From the human T2T-CHM13v2.0 reference genome, Homo sapiens: a DNA stretch of 64,000 nt. The translations under genes and the position numbers were made by a program. This document shows, piece after piece, positions 39,789 through 52,602 of the stretch. Numbering within the stretch: position 1 is the first letter of the stretch; the number at the start of each line of letters is the position of its first letter. The DNA lies in NCBI RefSeq assembly GCF_009914755.1, contig NC_060944.1; one strand, 5' to 3'. The notes under the pieces were generated by a model. It did not search any database. It saw nothing but the letters and a program-made list of their open reading frames with translations, and was not told the origin of the DNA.

Positions 39789-40091
39789 TTTTTTTTTTTT
39801 TTTTTTTTTTTTGAGATCGAGTCTCACTGTGTCACCCAGGCTGGAGTGCAGTAGCGTGATCTCAGCTCACTGCAACCTCCGCCTCCCGCGTTCAAGCGAT
39901 TCTCCTGCCTCAGCCTCCTGAGTAGCTGCGATTACAGGTACACACCACCATGCCTGACTAATTTTTGTGTTTTTAGTAGAGACGGGGTTTCTCCATGTTG
40001 GTCAGGCTGGTCTTGAACTCCTGACCTCGTGTTCCGACCCCTCGGCCTCGCAAAGTGCTGGGATTACAGGCGTGAGCCTCCGCGCCTGACC
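39789..40091 (-). mobile_element. Alu (AluSg/Sc-like)
   Basis: Antisense dimer; TSD aagaactctt. Confidence 0.94.
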
Positions 40092-41682
40092 TAAGAACTC
40101 TTAAACCTCCAGAAAGCATGCTTCATTTTCTGCAGCAAATGAGCTCCAGATCATGGCCTGGAAACTAACACCCTGTGACTATTTAAAATGTTTCTGCAGA
40201 GCCTCTTTTTGTTCCACCACCAACCTCCTCCTATTTAACCTTCTTATAAATTGATAATTCCTGAGCATATATCTCCTTTTTGCTTTAAAATAAGAATGTT
40301 TCATTCCTTTTCTTCTCATAAAAGCAATACATGGTCACTGTAAGAAAATCAGAAAATGCAAGTGAGCAAATGAAGAGAGAAACAAGAAACATCTGGAAAA
40401 TACTGTTCCTAGGCTCTCCCAATGCCACGATGCCAGCCAAAAAAACCTGACCTGTGAGGGGAGAATGGTGTTCTTTCTCTACCAAGTTCGCTGCCTCTGG
40501 AATTCACAGCATGCTTTTAATTTAATTTCATAGTAACTTAATATTCTCAGAAGAGTCCAGCCACATGTCTCCTCTCTCAGCAGACCCAGCTCCTGTGCAG
40601 GAAGCAGTTCACATGGCAGGGCAGGATCGGGGCGTTTTTCTAGCTGGCAGTCTCTCCGTGGTGCTAAAAAAGCCAGACTCCTCAGCCAACGTGAAAAGAG
40701 TTGTTCTAGTGCTGGGATGATCTCTTATGATGGAAGGAGAGAAATACAGATTGGACCAAACCTGAGATGACCTTCAGGCACACCATGGCTAAGGGGGTTT
40801 CAGTAGATGGTGACAGTGCCTCTTGTTCAGGTCCCCTTCACTGGGCTATGCACCACCCCAGCTACTGTGGGCATTGGCTGCTAACTGTGGTCTTCTGCCT
40901 GTGTCTCTGAAGAATCACCCTCAGGGGCTATGGAAACCTGGCTGAAATAAGAATACATAAAACCCATGCTCCTGCCTCCAAGCAGGACAACTGTGTGGTG
41001 GCGTTGATGCTCCAAAGCCAGCATGGCCTGTGACCCCCAGGCACACCCCAGTGTCCAAGGCTTCTAGGAAAATGTGTGATTCTTAACACAAGTTTGTGTG
41101 TTTGTCCCTACTCCCACCTGTCTTTCGGCTTTCCAAGGTGCATGGAATATGTCTTTCAGTCTCCCTCCATCTCTCCCTTGCACCCTCTATCACAAATGCA
41201 CACCACTCACTCTCAAATAAGACCTTTAGCCTGGGCAATCGGTGGCCTGTGTTCTAGTTTCCCCTTCTCAGCCTCGCTGTCATTTTCCCTCCCTTAGTCT
41301 TAGTCGCTAAGGCCTTCCCCATGAGCGTGGGGCTCCTGGGAGAAACAGATACGACAGCCACCATAGAAGATTCACACAGACAGGAACACACCGGCCCTTG
41401 TTGTTCTGCCAGTGAGGCTCCTTCTTGGGACTCAAATTCCAGGCTCCTCTGCCATGCCCTTAATGTCAAAGTGGTCGCCGGCCTACATCTATCTTTACAA
41501 TAACTTCTTAAGGGCTTTTTAAAGAAAGCAAAAGAAGTGAGGTGACTGAGCCCACAGATGGAATGAGGCCCATATTCTGTATCACCAACGATGACATAAA
41601 TATAGTCAATAGTCCTCAGACACTGTGCAGAGGGATGTGGTAATCAGTTTCCAATTGCTCTTCTCCAGAGACAGATAACACC

Positions 41683-42070
41683 TGTTTTAGGTTGGGTTGC
41701 TCGGAAGCAGAGCCTGAGATTGGGTTTGAGTACATGTGCTTTATTGAGGGAGGGCTTTTCAGGGAGAACTGTAGGAGAGTGAGGGATTTGGGAGGGGCAG
41801 AAGTAGCCAAGAAAGGATGTGGAACCAGGTATGTGCATGTGGCCTGACCCACCGGGGGCTTTGGAGCATCAACGCCACCACACAGTTGTCCCGCTTGGGG
41901 GCAGGAGCATTGGTTTTATGTATTCTTATTTCAGCCAGGTTTCCATAGCTCCTGAGGGTGATTCTTCAGAGACACAAGCAGAAGACCACAGTTAGCAGCC
42001 AATGTCCACAGTAGCTGGGGTGGTGCACAGCCCAGGGAAGGGGATCTGAATGAGGCACTATCACTATCTA
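41683..42070 (-). mobile_element. ERVL-class solo LTR (LTR16/LTR33-like)
   Basis: tgttttaggttgggttgctcggaagcagagcctgagat...tgctttattgaggga. Confidence 0.55.
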
Positions 42071-43004
42071 CCAAAACACCCTTAGCTGTGGTATGCCTGA
42101 AGGTCATCTCAGGTTTAGTCTAATCCATATTTCTCTCCTTCCATCATAAGAAGTCATCTCAGCACTAGAACAACTCTTTTCACGTAGCGAAGGACCTTAT
42201 AGTTAATTCACAGAAACTTCATGTATGGTGGGCTGTGGTCTTATTTCTAGCAAAAGTGGCTGTCTCATCTCTGATTCTTAGCCAATTGAAGAAATATTTT
42301 CAGTTTTCCACAAGGCAAGCAATGCCATTTTTCTGCCAGAGTTTCTACAAATTGACTTGTAAAGGGTCTGTCACTATGACTCCAGTCCACAAGGGTCCTG
42401 GGTGCAAATTGGGACAGAAAACAAATTTTCTTAGAATTCAGCTGGTGTTCTGAATTCTTAAGATAATAGTGACCACTGCACTTGACAAATGATTAGTGAT
42501 GTTTTATAATATCTATAATGATTGCCACTCAGTTACAGTCTTTGGTTGTTGGCTTGTGAATTTCCTTCTTGAAACTTTTCAAGAAGCCCTAGACTACAGG
42601 AAAGAAAAGAGAGCTCAAATTCAACACAGAACTCAGAGCCAGGGTCTCTCTTCCTGTTATCATTCTCTGCTTCCTGCAACTGTGCTTCTCAAAGACTCCC
42701 AAAGCCCCTCTGGCTCAACTCTAGAAGGAAAGCCCGATTCTGGGCCTGGCTGCTTGTCTGCCTAGAAACCCTGTGATAGAATGTGTCATTTCCCTCATAC
42801 CTTGAGGTTCTGGATGAATATTTCAGAGTCCTCCAGAGAGGTGGCCAGAAAACCTGCAAAACAAAGCTGCAGTTTCCCCAACTGCTTTTCCTAGAGCCTG
42901 TGAGCCGGGAAAAAACTGAATGCCCTTGAAACAGAAGGCCAAGAGACTCTCTGCCTGTTGTTGTTGTTCTTATCAGATTCAAATTCAACATACATAAACA
43001 ATTT

Positions 43005-43232
43005 AGACCCGCACTGTCCAGTACAGACGCAACCAGCCACAAGTGGTTATATAATAACATATTAGATTAGTTAAAATTGAATAAAATAAATTGAACATTC
43101 ATTTCAGCACTCACATGATCTATGTTTCAATTGCTCATTAGCCACATGTAGCCAGTGGCTACCATACTAGAGATTATATATATAGAATATTTCCATCATC
43201 GTAGAGTGTCCTATTGGCCAATGCTGGTCTAG
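43005..43232. mobile_element. MER3/MER33-like fossil
   Basis: gcactgtccagtacag...agccacatgtagccagtggctaccatact...tattggccaatgctggtcta. Confidence 0.65.
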
Positions 43233-44017
43233 ACATTTGTAAATATACTATGTATATGAGTATACATGTATATACACATATAGACACGTTATATATATGT
43301 GCATATATAATGTATATGTAGGATAATTTATCTTGCCAGCAACTGTTCAGGGCAGGAATTAATAGCTCAGATCATGCAAATACTTGCCCACAACTGGACT
43401 CGTACTCTGAGACTCTTTGTGCTACCCTACACAGCTGTCCACTGCTGGGCTAGAGCCCAATCTTTAGTTATTCATCACCTTACCTGTTTTGTTTCTGATC
43501 TTGTTCTGAATAAATAGCACCATCTTTGAGAAATCCAGGTTATGGCCCTCATTACCCCGACCCGCAAAGTTGGCTTAATGCCTGCTTTCCACCAAATGGA
43601 TGGTTTCCCCAGATCCTGGGAACAGAAAGACCAACCCCACCATCACTGGATCCCCATAGCTGATGGACACTCCATACATGATTCAGCATCAGTATCCGGG
43701 GGTGGGAGAGGGGAATACAGCAGTACTCCATGAAACCGTTTAAGTCTATATTTGTAAAGTTCCTCCAGAGAGTATTAATGAACTGCACTGTATGTTTCAG
43801 CAAGCCCTCCCAGGTTCATGGCCTTGGTTCCTAGGGCAATGCAGAACCAAGGCTTGACTCCAACTGGGCACATGACCACTGTCTTTTTGTAAATGTGCTT
43901 TACAAGATGTGTGTTTAAAAATATTTTACTTATACTCCAAAATAAAAGCCATATTGAGGAAGGATATTTGCATAGGCAATGGGCCAGTACATGTGCCAAG
44001 CATTGTGCCTGGTATTT

Positions 44018-46168
44018 TATTTTATTTTATTTTATTTATTTATTTATTTATTTTTCAGCACAGGAAGATAATATTTATTATATTTTAACTAGAAACAGAA
44101 CAGATAGCAAGTTCACGAGGTATGAATATTTTTTTCTTAAATCAGGCTTAAACAACAATAATAAAAAACAAGTCTGCATATATATGTTGGTCACTATTAT
44201 AATCTTCAAGGGCACAAAAGCCAGCAGCATAAAGAAACATGAATAATGACTGAGAAGTTTTGATGTGCCAAAAACAAAGATCACTGCGTTGAACTCCTTT
44301 ATTTTGTTAATATTATTATTAAACATTTAACAGGTATTAATTATTGTTATTTGGCAAAATATCCAACATGCACATGGTATTCCTACAAGAATCTTGCCTT
44401 AATATTGTTAATATTAACACTAAGTTTATTCCTCTCCAAAATTCAATGAGTTATGATTCCACTCTCTGTAAGTGTTAGTGTTAGTGGTAATATGCAAAAC
44501 TGATTTTGTGTGCAGGGTTAAGTAGCAGATTGACTTCGCATTTGGTGGCCAGCTGTGTACCCTAATTTTTATCTATTTTCTTAATAAATTTAATTACATT
44601 TCATAAGCCCTGAGATAACCTGCTAATGATTGTATACTTTTAATCTATACTTTATTCCACTCAATTTGAACCCCACATAATAAGTCTTCAAAATTATTTA
44701 CAGATGGTTGTAATTAAAGCAATGACAAAATTTACTACTTGTATAGATAAGACTGATAATAAGGCCTTTAACTAAGAGTTGCATATTTTACATGCACTTT
44801 TAACTTGCTAGGAGCAACTCTTAAAATTACATCTATCATTCTGTCAGAAAGCAGTTAAGTGCTTTTCATTTTGCTTACTTCTATATGTGTAACCAGACTC
44901 ACTTTTTTCCTCCCGTGTAAAACAACTGTTTTTTTTCCTTCCCCAAATATTAATACTTGTCTTCCAACTGAACAATTGCTAAAAGGAACTTAGCATTTAC
45001 ACAGCACATTGATAACTATAGTGCTCAGCAGAGACATATGCCCATAATAGGCATCTGATAAATGTTTGTTCCACATGGAATGAATTGTAAGGCAGCTGTT
45101 TGAGTCATATACTGTTCATCATATACTGCAACTAATTTTGTTTAACTAGGAAATTCAGTTTACCAGATTTAATTCACCCTCAAGTATAAATCCAAAAACT
45201 TTAAATTAAAAAAAATCGATTTACTAATCCTCAGAAAAAGTAAACAAGTTAATCATAGTTGTTACTATGCTATTAGTTGATAGAAAATTTTTAAAAATTA
45301 CTTTCCACTAAATATTGTGTACAACTAAGTGAGGGGAAGAAAGTTTTAAAAAATGAAAAGATATTAGCTAATTCTCATCATTTTCTCCACATTTATCCTT
45401 GCAGCTTATTTGTTCATATATTTATTCCTGTTAACTTCTCTAGCTGAAAGAGAATTTTATTATCTGAATGGAGTTCCCCATCACCTTACGTACAAAATAT
45501 TAGTGAAAAGCTAGTGTAAATGTAAGATTGTATTTTCATGTCATGCCATATTTCTGCATTTATTTTTTGCTAGCATTAAATTTTTCGTATTTAAATGATG
45601 CTGTATAGAATATGAGATAATCTGCCAATTGCTATGATATTGCTTGCTTACAATATTCAGTTTTTGTTGATAGCTTTAAAGTATATTGCACACTTGTCAT
45701 CTAGCACACTAATAAATAACTATTTTTGAAAGGATACACTGACAAATTCTTAAGTTAATGGCTTTAACCCAACATTTTTAGTCAGTTAAAGAACAGCAAT
45801 GGCAAAAACATTGACAATACAGTTCATGGTCCAGTTCTCCCATCTTACGGTACAGGTTCCATCAGATGTGGTATCCCAAAAACAGGAGCTGCTGTGCGAA
45901 AGCCATATGCGCTCTTCTGGACCACTGCACATTTCACAATACATTTATAAGCTTTTCCCAGCTTAGGCAGATGTGTTAACGATTATTCCACTATGCTTGC
46001 GGTCCACTGGTTGATGTTGTTGTAATTATAATCTTCACCACCTAAAACCCCGTCTGCACATTCTTTGACAATATTGTGGGCTTCCTCAGCATTGAGGCCA
46101 ACCTCGTCGCAGTGGCGATGGTACTCCTCCATGGTAGCGCCTGTTCTCCCTGGGGGCGGAGCTACGCC
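44018..46168 (-). pseudogene. DYNLT3P1: Full-length processed pseudogene of DYNLT3 (dynein light chain Tctex-type 3); probably the annotated DYNLT3P1
   Basis: Intronless [12 protein letters not shown]...WTASIVE*SLTHL..LGKAYK...SSCFWDTTSDGTCTVRWEN.TMNCIVNVFAIA.L (ATG 46132, ancestral stop 45786-45788). Premature TAA 45983-45985, a 1-nt deletion near 45890 and one missing codon. ~1.7-kb 3' UTR, AATAAA 44074-44079, decayed poly(A) ~44018-44055, 14-bp TSD TGTGCCTGGTATTT at 44004-44017 and 46169-46182. The symbol number is from memory. Confidence 0.93.
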
Positions 46169-46218
46169 TGTGCCTGGTATTTCATACATGGTCTTATTTA
46201 ACCACACAAGAATCATAC

Positions 46219-46518
46219 GGCCGGGCGCGGTGGCTCACGCCTGTAATCTCAGCACTTTGGGAGGCCGAGGCAGGCGGATCACAAGGTCAGGAGATCGAGA
46301 CCATCATGGCTAACACGGTGAAACTCCGTCTTTACTAAAAATATAAAAAATTACCTGGGCACAGTGGAGGGCGCCTGTAGTCCCAGCTACTCGAGAGGCT
46401 GAGGCAGGAATGGCGTGAACCCGGGAGGCGGAGCTTGCAGTGAGCCGAGATGGCGCCACTGCACTCCAGCCTGGGCGACAGAGCAAGACTCCGTCTCAAA
46501 AAAAAAAAAAAAAAAAAA
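46219..46518 (+). mobile_element. AluY
   Basis: ggccgggcgcggtgg start, ggagatcgagaccatc, ggcgtgaacccgggaggcggagcttgc diagnostics, pure A tail. Confidence 0.95.
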
Positions 46519-46519
46519 G

Positions 46520-46645
46520 AACTATCCACAATGACAGTGAAACTTCGAGTGCTTAAATAACCTGCCCAAGCTCTCATGAGCAGTAAACATAGAAGCAGAA
46601 TTCTAATCCAAATGGGTTTATTCTCAAAGTCTGGAGTCTTGATGT
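46520..46645 (-). mobile_element. MIR remainder (other pieces at ~43985-44017 and ~46183-46215)
   Basis: gaaact...ttaaataacctgcccaag...gcagaattctaatcca continues tgtgccaagcattgtgc...catacatggtcttatttaa. Confidence 0.6.
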
Positions 46646-46828
46646 TACACCACGCAATCCTCAAATGCGGTTTCCTTTTTTCCTTCTTTCTACTGCAAGA
46701 ACCTTTGAGCTTCTCCCACTCCAAGAAGGCCATCTCCAGAAAGGAGATTGCCTGTAAGGACAGCCTAGAGAGTACTTGGGCTTAACCTCGCTCCAACTCT
46801 CGCCAAAGACTCCCCCAAAGTCTCCTGA

Positions 46829-47184
<356 letters not shown>

Positions 47185-47280
47185 CAGCTTTTCTTAATGG
47201 TAGTAATGGCAGTCATATTAGCAACAGCTTCTATTTATCAAAGCACTTAGCACTTTGAAAGAAAGACATTATGAGTTCCT

Positions 47281-47750
47281 GCCTCAGTCTGGGTTGTCCC
47301 AGAAGTCCAACCTGAGACAAGACTTGGGTGCTGACAGTTTTTTGAGAAATGATCCCAGGTAACACAAGTGAGGAATTGGAGATGTAAAATAAGGAAGGGG
47401 AGAAAAGCCAATGAAGAGTGCATTAATGAGCGAGTTGCCACCGTGGGCAGCTGAGCTCAGTCCCACTAGGGACACTGAGTTGTCACGCTGAGGAATAGAG
47501 AAACCGGGGTAAAAACCTGTCAGTCACTGGGAGAGAGCTACCCCTCAAAGGTTAAATCCCTGCCACCTTTGGGCCGCCCTGCACGCAGGCTGTGCAGGCT
47601 TCCACGGAGGTGGGAGGAAGCCCAGGGGGAACACGGGGAGATTCTCGTGCCTGGGGTGGGAAGCAGTGGACGTGCAAGGGAGCTTCAGCTGCAGGTGAAC
47701 TCAGAAGGGACTTAGGAGACTCAGGAGGGACATCACAGCATCTACTACAT
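47281..47750 (-). mobile_element. ERVL-class solo LTR (LTR16/LTR33-like)
   Basis: ctcagtctgggttgtcccagaagtccaacctgagacaagacttgggtgc...acagcatctactaca. Confidence 0.55.
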
Positions 47751-47793
47751 TCTCCTTCCACACAGAAGGTTCCAAGCGTAAGTAACTTGCTCA

Positions 47794-48178
<385 letters not shown>

Positions 48179-48285
48179 TCAACCCCAAAGCCCTTGCCCT
48201 TTCCGCCACCTGAAGCTGCCCTCAAAATCCCTTGTAAGGTGCACCCACCACTGCTTATCCTATCTCCTCTTCACTCTGCCCTCAG

Positions 48286-48772
48286 GAAAATACCATCCAC
48301 TGGCAAGTTGGTGCTGACACTCACAACCGACGCCTGTGAGGGGAAGGAAAATTTTGTCCGCTACCTGGAGCATGTCCAGGCTGTCATCACGGTCAACGCA
48401 ACCAGAAGAGGAGACCTGAACATCAACATGACTTCCCCTATGGGCACCAAGTCCATTTTGCTGAGCCGGCGTCCAAGGGATGACGACTCCAAGGTGGGCT
48501 TTGACAAGTGGCCTTTCATGACCACTCACACGTGGGGGGAAGACGCCCGAGGCACCTGGACCCTGGAGCTGGGATTTGTCGGCAGCGCCCCGCAGAAGGG
48601 GGTGCTGAAGGAGTGGACCCTGATGCTGCATGGCACTCAGAGTGCCCCGTACATCGACCAGGTGGTGCGGGATTACCAGTCCAAGTTGGCCATGTCCAAG
48701 AAAGAGGAGCTGGAGGAAGAGCTGGACGAAGCCGTGGAGAGAAGCCTGAAAAGCATCCTTAACAAGAACTAG
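48286..48772 (+). CDS. PCSK2: PC2 last coding exon (P domain and C-terminal amphipathic tail)
   Basis: ctcag acceptor, phase 2; KIPSTGKL...YLEHVQAVIT...RRGDL (48404-48418)...FMTTHTWGE..GTWTLE...EWTLMLHGT...EELEEELDEAVERSLKSILNKN-TAG; exon lengths are consistent with the 638-aa protein. Confidence 0.98.
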
Positions 48773-50569
48773 CGCTGCACATCCGCCTTTCCCACCGCCC
48801 TCCCTCCCCAGCTCCGCCTCTGTCCTCGCTCCACGTTTCAGGCAGGCACCTAGCAATTCCATCACCCGTACAGGCAATTCCGTCTTCTTAATCTGAAGCT
48901 TCACTCACTGTCAATGATTATTTTCATTACAATGGAAACAATCTTTTTTACTCTATGCCCCAAATATAGCGTTCCCAACAACATCCATGTCCTATGTGTG
49001 ACTCTAAATTCTTTATTTCTGTCATTCAAATGGGTGATATCCTGAAAAAAAAAAAAAAAAAACTGGGACAGCTTTCCCCTCATTTTTTTTTTTGTTTCTG
49101 AGAAAAGAACGTATTTTAAAAGCCACATAGAGTGACTCCAAGAACAATTGTCCATGGTCTCAAACAAGGGGCTGTTACATAACAAGAAAATCAAAGCTGA
49201 GGACAGGGTGTGAGCGCCACATCTCTGAAAGCACAGGAGACACTGTGCTATAAATCCTTTGGGGAGCGATGTTTTGAATTTAGTGAGATTTACCAGGGAT
49301 GTAGATTAAGGTGATGTGATTCAAAAGATGCCATTCATAGAGAGCCCTAGTTACTGCATGGGGAAAGAGATCCAGGAAGCATGAGTGCTGGATATTTTAC
49401 TACCAATGCCAAGATAATTCACTCTACTCAGCCGGCGTGGCAAATATAAAACTTACAGAGCGTGGCTGTGCTCTCACCAGCTGCTGCTCTGAGTTATGTT
49501 AAAATCCGCTAGAGCAGCCCAAATTTTTCTCAGTTTGTATAGAGTTCATCCCAGCCCCAATTTTCTGGGGCTCCTCACATAGCTACCCAAAAGAGAAAAA
49601 AAATTAAGACAAGCCTGGCAACACACCTGGTGAAGAGTAGTTTACTAGCTTTTCAAACAAGAATGTCCCTTTTCCTAAGTCACTTTGAGGTGTCTCAATC
49701 TGATCTGAGTGAGAGGCGACAGGAGTATTTTTTTTTTTTTTACAGCTTTACACACACAGATGTGGGCTTTGATTTCCAAGTAATATAATGGAAGAGAAAT
49801 CTCATACTCCCCCACAGTTTGATGTCATTAATGTGTTGGGAAAAAGGCCTCTGTCCCGGAAGAGTCATGGGAGGTGAAAGGGGCACGTTTGAAGATGCGA
49901 GCGCTATCTTCACATAGTTCTCCAGTTGTATGGAGCCTCTTCTGCCAAGAGAGGGCCATGCAATTCATCCCGGAGGAACCTGAGGCCTGAAGGAGGTGAG
50001 AGAAGACCTCTGTGAGGAAAGCACACAGTCACCTTCTCGGCAACTAAGCAGTCCCTGAGACCATTTAACATGCAACCCGAAGGTTATGGTCAATCCCAAA
50101 AGTCACCACTCCATTCCCAACTAGACATTACCAAAGTGACCTACCCAGAGATTGCTTCTCATCCCCAGTCCCAATGCACATCCATTCCCAAGAAATGCTT
50201 TGTCTTCAGCCTCTCCAGGCACCATCTCCCTTCCTGTGGGAGCAGAGAGCTTAGCCTGGAGCACCTTTCCTTCAAGCCAGCAACACAGAGCACTAGGTTC
50301 AATTCCCTGAAGGTGGCCACTTTAAGAGAGAAATCTGAAAACCCCATTTGCTTTCTTTTCTCCCATATTGGCATGGATTTCTGTCTTCTCTAACACCTTG
50401 TGACCTTCTCTATATCATGCTTTAAAGTGTAATAATATGATTTTTTAAAAGAAATTTATTACTTGTTGCAAAGGTCTTTTTAAACCAGTTTAGATTTCAA
50501 GAAAAAATAAATGGAAATCATCGAAAATTCATTTCACATTAATGGTCTAAAAATAAACCAAAGGACATT

Positions 50570-50710
50570 ATGTGTGCATGTGTGTATAAGTGCACACAGA
50601 AATATATATACATATGTAGACTATATACATGTGTGTATATATGTGTATATATACATACACTTGTATAAATGTATATACACATATACCTATAATGTGTGTA
50701 TGTGTATTTA
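50570..50710. repeat. (TA)/(TG)/(CA) mixed microsatellite in the 3' UTR
   Basis: Direct inspection. Confidence 0.85.
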
Positions 50711-51255
50711 TTGAAGAAACAGATACCATACTCATTTCTAAAAGAATATTCAGAGAATATCAAGATGATTCTGGCTGAAAAAGGCCAGTGGAAATTCAGG
50801 TGAAAATGTTCATCAATTCCCATTGCATCACCTCTGTAATTTTTCAGCTCTCTGTATAAACATTAAATGTCTTATATAGCAGCAAAAATATAAAATAGTT
50901 GTCCATATTTTCACAGGTGTGGTGTAATTTATAAAATTAGAAAGCAACTTATCAGCTACTTAAGAGAAATGGCAAGTTTTGATATGAGTATACAATATAT
51001 AAAAATATATATAGTGCTATATATATAAATATTTGGTCTCTATTTCATTTTTTGCATCAGTATTAATACTAAAATATGTCTCGCTAGTGATGTTTTTATG
51101 ATATCCCTGATCCTAACTGAAGAGACAGTTATTTATAGTCATTTATTTTAAAAAATGAAAATAAGTGAATAATAATTAGGTTAACATTGTTGCTCCCTGT
51201 GACAAAATTTTATAAGCAAATTTCAAAAGACATGTTGTAAATTAGGAGGCTCAAC

Positions 51256-51261
51256 AATAAA
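51256..51261 (+). terminator. Distal polyadenylation signal of PCSK2
   Basis: Canonical AATAAA followed by a GU-rich downstream stretch (tatgtgagatgtg). Confidence 0.7.
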
Positions 51262-51437
51262 ACATTACGCTCCAGAAATTATGTGAGATGTGCTATATTG
51301 TACATGAAAATACTTTCATCCATTCTAGGAACAGATAATTTAAAAATTGCCAAAGAGAGATCTAAAGAGCCTGCTTTACTAAGTATGCATAAAAGACTTA
51401 TAATTAACATATAAATCATACACAAATTATTATCTAC

Positions 51438-51781
51438 AGCAGTATTTTTCAAACTCTAGTTACATCCATTAGTGGGTTGTAAAATCAATTTAGGAGGTCA
51501 GTTTTTAATAAAATAGAGTAATTTAGAATACAGTAGGAGAGAAGAAAATCACAGGATAGGATAGGATAGAATAGAATAGAATAGAATAGAATAGAATAGA
51601 ATAGAATAGAATAGAATAGAATAGAATAATCATGCATAATAAGGATAAGTATTGTTTCCTGAAATATTTGTTTCAGATGTGTGTGTGCACACGTGTGTGT
51701 GTCTGAGTGTGTGTACTGGATCACAATGTAAAATACATTTTTCATTGTGAGTGATGGTCAAAAATCTTTTAGAAACACTAT
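51438..51781. mobile_element. hAT-Charlie-type DNA transposon fossil
   Basis: cagtatttttcaaact...tttagaaacacta imperfect inverted termini. Confidence 0.45.
51554..51627. repeat. (ATAGG)n/(ATAGA)n pentanucleotide microsatellite
   Basis: About 12 ATAGA units preceded by ATAGG units. Confidence 0.95.
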
Positions 51782-51789
51782 TCTAAAAT

Positions 51790-52185
51790 ATATTAATCAG
51801 GCTAGACTAAGTTATGCTATAGTAACAATCTCAAAATCTCAGTGGTTTAATACAACAAAGGTTTATTTATCATCCACACAAATTCCAGTGAAGGTTCAGG
51901 TGACTCCCCAAAGCCACAGACCTCCATGCAGTGACTCAGGATCCAGGCTGTTTCACCGTATGGTTTGTAATCATAGCACAAGGCTGCTACAATCACCATG
52001 CAGAAGAGAACCCAAGGAGGACATTCATCTGCTCTTCTATGTTTAGCCTGAAGGAGACACATGCATCGCTTCTGCCCATTGCCCACTGGCCAGTATTGGG
52101 CAATAGCCCTGGCTAAATGCAAAGCAACTGGGAAATCTGTGACAACTAAGGGAATATTTGGTGAGCATTAGAGTCTCCACTACAG
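51790..52185 (-). mobile_element. Old MLT1 LTR
   Basis: aaaatctcagtggtttaatacaacaaaggtttattt...gtgactcaggatccaggctg. Confidence 0.6.
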
Positions 52186-52431
52186 AGAGTGCTTGACATT
52201 CCCTTAAAACATGTTCTTAAGAACCGATTTAACATGGCAATCACTCTTCATGGATGGTACCATGAACATTATTACAAACTGGCTGTACCTTACCCCATAG
52301 ACCACAGACTATTCTAGAAAAAGACCTTAATAATTATTCATAAAATATTAATATACTATATTTACCAAAGTTAATTATAAAAACAATTTATAATTCTGTC
52401 CTCTGATATAACACTTAAACTCAATTATTAA

Positions 52432-52602
52432 AATCTTAGCCGGGCATGGTGGCATGTGCCTGTAGTATCAGCTACTCAGGAGGCTGAGGTGGGAGGATAG
52501 CTTCAGCTCAGGAGGTAGAAGCTGCAGTGAGCCGTGATCACACCACTGCACTCCAACCTAGGTGAAGAGCAAGACACTGTCCCAAAAATAAATAAATATA
52601 AA
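52432..52602 (+). mobile_element. Alu right monomer (FRAM/AluJ-like)
   Basis: ttagccgggcatggtggc...cactgcactcc...A-rich tail. Confidence 0.85.

Larger units (their letters stand above)
48773..51280 (+). other. PCSK2: PCSK2 3' UTR (long form; exact end approximate)
   Basis: Free of interspersed repeats after the stop codon, AU-rich, ending just after AATAAA 51256-51261. Confidence 0.75.

Noticed and set aside
48260-48904. 214-aa minus-strand ORF
   Set aside because: Antisense shadow of the GC-rich PCSK2 last exon; no recognisable protein.
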